Assembly (NCBI GenBank): GCA_052168235.1
Contig: JBQLZK010000085.1
Location: 1 to 23,501, forward strand
Source: Thainema sp.
GTDB taxonomy: Bacteria > Cyanobacteriota > Cyanobacteriia > Phormidesmidales > Phormidesmidaceae
Length of the DNA: 23,501 nt
Reading direction: 5' to 3'
Translations under genes and position numbers: made by a program
Shown here: positions 1 to 7,600 of the stretch, in pieces
How positions within the stretch are numbered: position 1 is the stretch's first letter
How the letters are laid out: each line of letters opens with the position of its first letter
Notes under the pieces: generated by a model
Seen by the model: only the letters and a program-made list of their open reading frames with translations
Databases searched by the model: none
What the model was told of the DNA's origin: nothing

Positions 1-55
1 GAACTCCTGACCACGCAAGGTCTACACTCTATCACCTTTTAGCCGACCAGTGCCC
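1..55 (-). mobile_element. Putative IS terminus abutting and truncating the cyclase gene (family uncertain)
   Basis: Cyclase-like sequence starts abruptly at ILFSDIRSF (position 57); the upstream in-frame peptide TPDHARSTLYHLLADQCP is not cyclase-like. The minus strand from 54 reads GGCACTGGTCGGCTAAAAGG, resembling the GGCACTG start of IS6-family IRs. No transposase in window. Confidence 0.4.
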
Positions 56-56
56 A

Positions 57-824
57 ATTCTGTTTTCTGACATTCGCTCCTTTACGAAGCTAAGCGAGAC
101 AATGGAGCCAGATGAAAACTTCAAATTCATTAACGGCTATCTGGACAGGATGGAGCCTGCAATCCGAAATAATCATGGATTTATCGATAAATATATCGGT
201 GATGCGATCATGGCTCTTTTCGCCGATGAAGAAGGTGTAGAGCGGAAGGGTGTAGAAAACGGAGTAAAAGCTGCGCTTGGCATGTTGCAGGCACTGAATG
301 AGTACAATGTCACTCGTAATAGTAAAAAGCGTCCACCTCTTAAAATTGGTATTGGTCTACATACAGGTAAAGAGATTACTTTAGGGGTTTTGGGTGGTAA
401 GAACCGCTGGGATACAACTGTAATTGGGCGAGATGTGAATAAAGCTTCGCGAGTTGAAGGGCTAACGAAGGAGTTTGGATCAAGCCTTTTGGTTAGTAAA
501 GAAGTTATTGAAGAGCTAGAAAAAATTTATCAAGCTGATCTACAACAAACGTATCTTCATCGATATGTAGGAACTGAACCAGTGCGAGGAATTGAGGAAC
601 CTGTCGATATCTACGAAATTTATACAGAAGATTCGTTTGAGTTACGGCAGGGTAAGCAAAAGACAGCGACTTTATTTCAAGACGCTCTCGTACTGTATAA
701 GCAGCAAAATTACGAACTAGCACTTGAGAAATTCAAAGCAGTTTTGGCTGATTGTAGAGACGATGGTGCAGCTCAATGTTATGTGCGGCGATGCTTTGAC
801 CATATTGACCGCAACAGAGTATAG
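57..824 (+). CDS. Class III adenylate cyclase catalytic domain with C-terminal TPR-like helix pair; 5'-truncated
   Basis: Frame is open upstream of Met102 and gives ILFSDIRSFTKLSE (first metal Asp at 69-71), then IDKYIGDAIMALF, IGIGLHTG and TVIGRDVNKASRVE (catalytic N/R). The Lys in DKYIGD indicates ATP specificity. Confidence 0.9.
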   Translation: MLFSDIRSFTKLSETMEPDENFKFINGYLDRMEPAIRNNHGFIDKYIGDAIMALFADEEGVERKGVENGVKAALGMLQALNEYNVTRNSKKRPPLKIGIGLHTGKEITLGVLGGKNRWDTTVIGRDVNKASRVEGLTKEFGSSLLVSKEVIEELEKIYQADLQQTYLHRYVGTEPVRGIEEPVDIYEIYTEDSFELRQGKQKTATLFQDALVLYKQQNYELALEKFKAVLADCRDDGAAQCYVRRCFDHIDRNRV

Positions 825-854
825 ACTCTAGCTACGATTGATTTCATGATCAAG

Positions 855-1121
855 ATGGAAAAAAACTATCGCCGCTGTATTAGCTGTCGTCGAGTTGCAC
901 CCAAGTCGGAATTTTGGCGGGTTGTCCGCTGTCATCCCGATGCGCGGATTCAACTCGACGAAGGCATGGGTCGTTCTGCGTATCTGTGCCCCAATGAGGA
1001 GTGTTTGAAGGCTGCTCAGAAGAAAAATCGGCTGGGACGGGTGTTGCGGACTCGCGTTTCAGACGAGATTTACGACGCACTGTGGCAGCGACTGCGTCAA
1101 AACGCAGAGCCTTTACCTTGA
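855..1121 (+). CDS. ylxR: YlxR/DUF448 family RNA-binding protein (start 846 or 855)
   Basis: RRCISCR...RVVR...GRSAYLC...C motifs, ~88 aa, basic. Confidence 0.92.
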   Translation: MEKNYRRCISCRRVAPKSEFWRVVRCHPDARIQLDEGMGRSAYLCPNEECLKAAQKKNRLGRVLRTRVSDEIYDALWQRLRQNAEPLP

Positions 1122-1132
1122 CGTCACAACAC

Positions 1133-1207
1133 AAAACATCCTGGAACTTAAATCACACCAGCACAACGGATCGAAGCGCTACGGCAATTTTAATTCCAGG
1201 ATGTTTT
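1133..1207. repeat. 14-bp perfect inverted repeat with 47-nt spacer between convergent ylxR and ho1; possible terminator or 3' structure
   Basis: AAAACATCCTGGAA (1133-1146) and TTCCAGGATGTTTT (1194-1207). Confidence 0.6.
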
Positions 1208-1270
1208 TCTCTAGCCTTAATTAAAGCTGATAGCGGTTTAGCTAGCTAAACCATCTAACTGTAGATCGGT

Positions 1271-1996
1271 TTACTGCTCAGCCGCAGCTAGTTCGTTGTC
1301 AGTGCTGCCGCGACGGCGATTGCGGGTCAGCGAATTGAACAGCATTTGGCCAATCGCCTTGATCAGGTTGCCTTCTAGTTCCTTGAACATCTTCATGTTG
1401 ACGCCAAAGGCTGCATTGGCTTCATCGACAATCCGATCGGCGGTTGCCTCGTCAATCGGCGTTTCGTTGAGCGCTTGACGATACTTGTTCTTGAATGCCT
1501 TCTCATCGGAGATGGTGGCAAACTCGTAAAAAGCCGTACCCTCGCCCTCATTTAGGTTCATTGCCCGGACAGCAATGTTCTTGAGGATTTGACCACCGGA
1601 GAGGTCTCCCAAATAGCGAGTATAGGAGTGGCTAACCAGCAGCTCGGGAGCCGTTTCCGAAATTTCGCGAATCCGCTTAACGTACTCTTCGCCAGCCGCA
1701 GAGAGCTGAATCTCATCCTGCCAGTTTTGACCGAAGTAGTAGGTCAAATCTTGCTCTAGAGCCGCTTTGCGATTTAGCTCAGGAAAATAGATTTTAGAGA
1801 CAACGGGATGATTCTGGTGACGCGCCATTTCTTCTTCCATCGCGGAATACACGAAGTAGAAGTTAGCCACCAATTTCCGATAGGAGTTCTTTTCAACAAC
1901 TCCTCTTAAAAAACAGCGCACAAAGCCGACGTTTTCAGCCATTGTGTGTGCTTTTTTGGTTCCTTCTTTTAATTTTGTTGCTAAATCGACACTCAT
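1271..1996 (-). CDS. ho1: Heme oxygenase (biliverdin-producing), cyanobacterial HO1 type
   Basis: MSVDLATKLKEGTKKAHTMAENVGF (proximal His), HSYTRYLGDLSGGQILK, EANAAFGVN. The ATG at 1996 matches the typical HO1 N-terminus better than the ORF-track start at 2053. Confidence 0.95.
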   Translation of the reverse strand: MSVDLATKLKEGTKKAHTMAENVGFVRCFLRGVVEKNSYRKLVANFYFVYSAMEEEMARHQNHPVVSKIYFPELNRKAALEQDLTYYFGQNWQDEIQLSAAGEEYVKRIREISETAPELLVSHSYTRYLGDLSGGQILKNIAVRAMNLNEGEGTAFYEFATISDEKAFKNKYRQALNETPIDEATADRIVDEANAAFGVNMKMFKELEGNLIKAIGQMLFNSLTRNRRRGSTDNELAAAEQ

Positions 1997-2121
1997 TCTA
2001 AAATTCCTGCTAGCGATTTCAACTAAAACCGATTCTTGTATTTGCTCAGGCAATCGGCCATGCTAAGGCTATCTAGATTGTTACATTAGACTGATTTGAT
2101 GAGAGTTTTCATTAAAAAACG

Positions 2122-3975
2122 TTACGGATAATGTGGGATATCAACGATAAAACAGGTCAAATTGGTATCGCTGGTGACGTGAATTGAGCCCTTGAGATGC
2201 TCAACTAGCTTTTTAACTAATGCTAAGCCAAGCCCCGTACCACCCCGCTTCCACGGATCGGCGTTAGGCACACGATAGAACTTATCGAATATATGAGGAA
2301 GTTCCGTGGCGGCAATCGTAGCTTGATTACTAATTATGAACTGCACACTATTGGGAGTTGATTGAGCCGTTGAGCGGTTACTGACGAGCTGAGCTGGATT
2401 GCGGTTGATTGGAGAGTCGCTAGGTGAGATGGATGAGTAGGGTTGCGATGTAGCAGAAGGTGGGGATGCGATCGCAGATTCTGTTGTGTTCAATGGGTCT
2501 TGCCGAGGGCGCGTGATCGGCTCATCTGTCCAAGGCATCGCGATCAGAGTTGAAGTTAGTGGAACAGTTTGTACTTGGAAATAGATTGCGCCTCGTGGGG
2601 GCGTGTATTTGCAGGCATTGTTCAGCAGTTCTGCCAGAATGCGCTTCAGTGCCGCCAGATCCGACATCAGGATGGGCAGATCGACAACTGGCTCAATTTG
2701 AAATGTTTGCTGCTGTTCCTGGCAGCGCGACTGAAAGGGTTGCAGAAACGTTGGCAGCCAGTACGCTAGGTCGATCGGTTCAATTTCCAAATTAAACGCC
2801 TGCGCTTCCAATCGCTGTAGGTCAAGCAGACTGTTGATTAATTCAATTTCGCGATCGCACTCGGTGCGCAAAATATGCAGATAGGTAGACAGACGATTTG
2901 CCGGAGCCTTATCCAACATGTGAAGCGCCATATTCATATTGGACATAGGCGTTCTCAGCTCATGGGATACCGTACTGAGAAAATCATCCTTTAAACGATT
3001 CAGCCGTTCTAACTCTTCAACCTGAGCCTGAGCCGCTTGGTAGAGCCGCGCCTGTCGAACTGCGATCGCGCATTGATTGGCCACCTGCTGAATCAAACCG
3101 ACTTCTGATGCCTCAAACCACTGATCAGCTGGTTTAAATAGCCATAGCGCACCTAGTGTTTGCTGGTTATCCACAATTGGCACAACCAGCGCTGCCGTTC
3201 GACTGAAGATTTGGCAATTAGTCTGTTCGCAAAACTGTAGCGGTTCACCCTGCTGAATTTGCGCTTCGATTGTGGCGATGGGCATCATGTCAACCACAGC
3301 ACATTGAGCTAAGCAAAGCTGTTCACTACCTCGATTACAAATCCGCACATACGCCTGCTGACCCAAAAAGCGAGCTTCGCAATATTCAATATTTAGCAGT
3401 TGCACCAGTTCTTCCACAGCGGTTTGGACAATTTGTTGTTCATCCAAACTGTCGCGAATCTTTTCCGTTATCCGCTTGAGCAGCGCTTCAGACGCTAATG
3501 CTTTCCGGAACCGATTTTCGCTCTCTCTGAGCGTTCGTTCAACCTGTTCCCGCTCCTGAATTTCCTGGATCAGCGCCAGATTGGCAGCTTCTAGCTGAGC
3601 TGGACTCGGCAGTGCCAATGCTTGGGGAATCAAGCCAACCAATGTGTAAGCTGTATAGAGTGAAATACTAGCTGTCATTAGCTTAATCGTGCCAGACAGC
3701 CAGTAAACGGGATGCCAAAGCGTCACAACCTCCATGACATGGGTTGTACCACAGGCCAAAATGAACGCACTAAACAGTAGAAAAACCCCTTGAAACGGTA
3801 CGTCCTGCCGCTTACGGACAAAGTAAAGCAGCATCAAGGGAATGGAATAATAGGCAACAGCTGTTAGCGTGTCGCTCACGATATGCAGCCAGACCAGTTC
3901 CGGCTGCCAAAGGTAGCAGTGACCGTGGGGGATATACTGCCTTGAAACCTCAAATAGAGAAGATAGGTAGAGCAT
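2122..3975 (-). CDS. Membrane sensor histidine kinase: ETR1-like ethylene-binding domain, GAF, HisKA, HATPase
   Basis: N-terminal three-TM region SDTLTAVAYYSIP...FSAFILACGTTH...IKLMTA; GAF ending QQVANQCAIAVRQARLY; H-box FLSTVSHELRTP; N-box ELLNNACKY; F-box IFDKFYRV; G2 box GGTGLGL. Confidence 0.92.
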   Translation of the reverse strand: MLYLSSLFEVSRQYIPHGHCYLWQPELVWLHIVSDTLTAVAYYSIPLMLLYFVRKRQDVPFQGVFLLFSAFILACGTTHVMEVVTLWHPVYWLSGTIKLMTASISLYTAYTLVGLIPQALALPSPAQLEAANLALIQEIQEREQVERTLRESENRFRKALASEALLKRITEKIRDSLDEQQIVQTAVEELVQLLNIEYCEARFLGQQAYVRICNRGSEQLCLAQCAVVDMMPIATIEAQIQQGEPLQFCEQTNCQIFSRTAALVVPIVDNQQTLGALWLFKPADQWFEASEVGLIQQVANQCAIAVRQARLYQAAQAQVEELERLNRLKDDFLSTVSHELRTPMSNMNMALHMLDKAPANRLSTYLHILRTECDREIELINSLLDLQRLEAQAFNLEIEPIDLAYWLPTFLQPFQSRCQEQQQTFQIEPVVDLPILMSDLAALKRILAELLNNACKYTPPRGAIYFQVQTVPLTSTLIAMPWTDEPITRPRQDPLNTTESAIASPPSATSQPYSSISPSDSPINRNPAQLVSNRSTAQSTPNSVQFIISNQATIAATELPHIFDKFYRVPNADPWKRGGTGLGLALVKKLVEHLKGSIHVTSDTNLTCFIVDIPHYP

Positions 3976-4044
3976 TAGGTTTTATCTGACGATCGCCACA
4001 TCAGTCAGCGAGGACATCAGCTACGAACAGGACAATGACAAGCA

Positions 4045-4147
4045 ATATCAAGTCTGTGTATAAAAAACCAATTTATTGTTTATGAAATGTTTGCTCCGCA
4101 AGCATTTCATAAACAATAAATTATGGGTTTTCAACCAGATTTGATAT
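4045..4147. repeat. 103-nt nested-hairpin dispersed repeat (MITE/REPIN-like), copy 1
   Basis: Outer IR ATATCAAGTCTG/CAGATTTGATAT; inner 24-bp stem 4071-4094/4098-4121 with TCC loop; aligns without gaps to 10147-10249. Confidence 0.85.
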
Positions 4148-4404
4148 AAGAGCATGACAATCAGGAGGATGGCGCTAAAGAAACAATTAAGTTGGTTTAG
4201 TCTTCCCAAGAATGATCGCGTCACTGATACTTTCCTTAGAGAAATATCAATCTTATAAGTTGTTTACATTGATTTTTGTTTGATCAATCCGGCTAAATTC
4301 GGCTGAAGACGCGGAGCAGATGCGATGTAGCATTATGGTCTGACTCTGCACTGAACTGTGGTGACGGGTGCCGTTGATGATGAGTACGATTGGTGCGATT
4401 AAAA

Positions 4405-4543
4405 GACTGGCGATCGCACATCAAATCGTCACTGAAACCCATATAGGGTCAACTCCACTGTTGCCTCAGCTCCCGCTCAAGGCAGCGAATTTTGTATCCG
4501 ATTACCAATCACGACTCAATCTAGCTACAGAGAATCTACGTAG
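4405..4543 (+). pseudogene. Frameshifted 3' remnant of a third kinase paralogue (HATPase C-terminus)
   Basis: Encodes LAIAHQIVTETH, then after a net +2 nt shift TVASAPAQGSEFCIRLPITTQSSYREST*. Matches the end of 10288..16185 (LAIAHQIVTETHGGSLSVESELGQGSEFCIRLPITAQ*). Confidence 0.85.
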
Positions 4544-4636
4544 AGTTATTTAGCGATTTCTCTGGGCATCCTAAACACCAGAAACGCCACATGCGTAATT
4601 GCGTCACCAAAGTAATTCTCTAATCACCGAGCACTT

Positions 4637-7600
4637 ATGAATACCCAAATTGGATGTCTCATCCTGCCCGTTCAAATCGCTGGCTATGACATTGTTGAGC
4701 AACTCTATGAGGGTAGTCGAACAGTTGTCTATCGAGCAGCCCGTCAAGCTGATCGGCAACCCGTCATTATTAAGCTGCTCCGGGATGAGCATCCAAGCTT
4801 TAACGATTTGGTGCAATTTCGCAATCAATATGCGATCGCAAAACACCTTGATGCTCCAGGTATTGTTCGAGCCATTAGCTTAGATCCTCATGTCAATGGC
4901 TATGCATTGGTGATGGAAGATTTTGGTGGCATCTCGCTACGCCGCTTCACCAAAAAACGACCACTGCCAGTCGAGCAGGTTTTTCCCATTGCTCTTCAAC
5001 TGGCAGATATTTTGCATCAGCTTTATCAACAGCGGATTATTCACAAAGACATTAAACCGGCCAATATATTGATTCAGCCCGAAACAGGGCAAATCAAGCT
5101 CATTGACTTTAGTATTGCCTCTCTACTGCCGCGCGAAACCCAAGAAGTTCAAAACTCCAATGTGTTAGAAGGCACACTGGCCTACTTGTCACCGGAACAA
5201 ACTGGCCGCATGAATCGCGGCATTGACTACCGCAGCGACTTCTACTCCTTGGGCGTTACGCTTTTTGAACTCCTGACCGGACAGTTACCGTTCCAGGTGA
5301 CTGAGCCCATGGAGCTGCTGCATTGCCATCTGGCTAAACAGCCGCTTTCCGTCTGCGACGTTAACCCTGAGTTGCCGTTAATGCTGGGCGAAATCATTCG
5401 CAAGCTGATGGCCAAAAATGCAGAAGACCGTTACCAAAGCGCTTTGGGGCTAAAGCATGACTTACTCAAATGTCAGACAGAGGCATACGGTGATGACAAG
5501 CATCGCTGGTTCCAGTTGGGAGAACGCGATGCCTGCGATCGCTTTTTAATTCCGGAAAAACTCTACGGTCGAGATGCCGAAATTCAAACGCTACTTGATG
5601 CCTTTGGTCGAGTGGCCAACGGGGCATCAGAGCTGATGCTGATTGCAGGCTTCTCTGGCATTGGCAAAACCGCCGTCGTCAATGAAGTCCATAAGCCCAT
5701 CGTCCGCTGGAATGGCTACTTTATTCAAGGCAAGTACGATCAGCTCAATCGCAACAGTCCCTTTTCTGCCTTTGTGCAAGCCTTTCGGGGCTTGATGACA
5801 CAGTTGCTGAGTGAAAGCGACGACCAACTGGCCCAGTGGCGCAGCAAAATTCTGGAAGCGGTGGGCGAAAACGGCCAAGTCCTCATTGATGTGATTCCGG
5901 AACTCGAAGCGCTGATTGGTGCCCAGGCCGCCGTTCCAGACTTGTCGGGCAGCGCTGCCCAAAACCGCTTTAACCTGGTCTTTCACCAGTTCATTGCGGT
6001 GTTTGCCACCCCCCAGCATCCCCTCGTCATCTTCCTAGACGATTTGCAGTGGGCAGATTCTGCCTCTCTCGACTTGCTGAAGCTGTTATTTACTGAGGCG
6101 GCACAGGGCTACCTGTTCATCATGGGTGCCTATCGAGACAACGAAGTTTCCCTAACCCATCCGCTGATGACGACGCTGGAGGATATTCAGAAAGCTGAAA
6201 CCGTTGTCAACACAATATCTCTAGCGCCCCTCAGCCAAGCTGATGTCAACTATTTAGTCAGCGATACATTAAACTGCAGTTGCGATCGCGCTTTACCGTT
6301 CACAGAATTGGTCTATCAAAAGACTACGGGTAATCCATTCTTCATCACGCAGTTTTTGAAGACATTATCCGAAGAAGGGTTAATTACGTTTGACTGGGAA
6401 ACGGGTTCCTGGCAGTGTGATTTAGCCACAGTCAAAGCCGTGGCCCTCACCGAAGATGTGGTAGAGTTTATGGCCCTGCAGCTCCAGAAGTTGCCAGCCG
6501 CGACCCAAGAGATGCTCAAACTCGCAGCCTGTATTGGGGCACAGTTTGATCTCGAAACGCTGGCCATCGTCTCTGGCAAAACCGCCGCCCATGTCGCCAT
6601 TGATCTTTGGAAGGCGCTGCAAGAGGAATTGTTGCTGCCCGTTGGCAAAGCGTATCAGTTCTATCAGCCCGCCGCCGCTTCAGATTCAGCCACTCCGGCA
6701 CAAGACATTGATTTAAAGCAAACTTTCAACTCGTCCTGCCGCTTTCTACACGATCGGGTTCAACAGGCTGCCTATTCGCTCATTCCAGACGATCAGAGGC
6801 AGGCAACCCACCTCAAAATCGGCCAGCTTCTCCTCGAGAATACCCCTCAAACAGAACGAGAAGACAAAATCTTTGATATTGTCAATCATTTCAATGCCGG
6901 GATTGAATTAGTTACTGCTGTCGATCAACGGCATCAGTTAGCCGAACTGAATCTTCTAGCTGGCCGCAAAGCACGGGCATCCACTGCCTATGCTGCGGCT
7001 GCCCGCTATTTTGGCGCTGGGATTAACCTGCTATCAACAGAGAGTTGGCAAAACCAGTATCACCTTACCCTAGCGCTGTATGAAGCTGCGGTGGAAGCCG
7101 AATATCTGAACATCAATTTTGCGGAGGCCCAATCCTTAGCCAATGTTGTGTTGCAGCACACATCGAATCTGCTGGATCGGGTAAAGATTTACGAGCTGCA
7201 AATTCAGATGTATATGGCTCAGGCCGAAATGCCGCAAGCCCTGAAAGCCGGACTATTGGCTCTCAAACTGCTGGGCGTGGACTTAGATCAGGCCCCTTCG
7301 CTGCTGGATGTTCAACTGCCCACAATGGCAGAGATGGAATCCATGCCTGTGATGACCGATCCCCATCAACTGGCCATCCAACAGATTCTGATGGCCCTTT
7401 TTCCGTCGGCCTACACTACGCAGCCCGATCTGCTGCCGCGCATGGTGACCACGATGATTACCTTGAGTTTAGAACATGGCCAAGCCTCCGTCACGGCCCT
7501 TGGCTATATCTACTATGGTCTCTTGCTATGCGGGCGCGAACATCTCGACACAGGCTATTTCTCTGGCTTACTGGCGTTGAAGATACTAGAGCAGTTTTCC

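Noticed and set aside
1997..2053. 19-aa N-terminal extension of HO1 in the ORF track
   Set aside because: Relies on a TTG start; HO1 homologues begin at MSVxLA (ATG 1996).
3040..3480. Cys-rich GAF of the ETR1-like kinase as a bilin-binding cyanobacteriochrome (tempting next to ho1)
   Set aside because: No DXCF/Asp motif or CH motif is visible; it resembles ordinary non-chromophore GAFs.
3976..4400. NtcA or HLR1 sites in the divergent promoter region
   Set aside because: No GTA-N8-TAC seen by eye; TTATA/TTACA at 4253 and 4264 have period 11 rather than 10.
4368..4553. 61-aa ORF, or a DGR template repeat for the kinase C-termini
   Set aside because: The ORF is a read-through of the frameshifted remnant. 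Differences from the kinase ends are mostly synonymous and not adenine-specific, and no reverse transcriptase is present.
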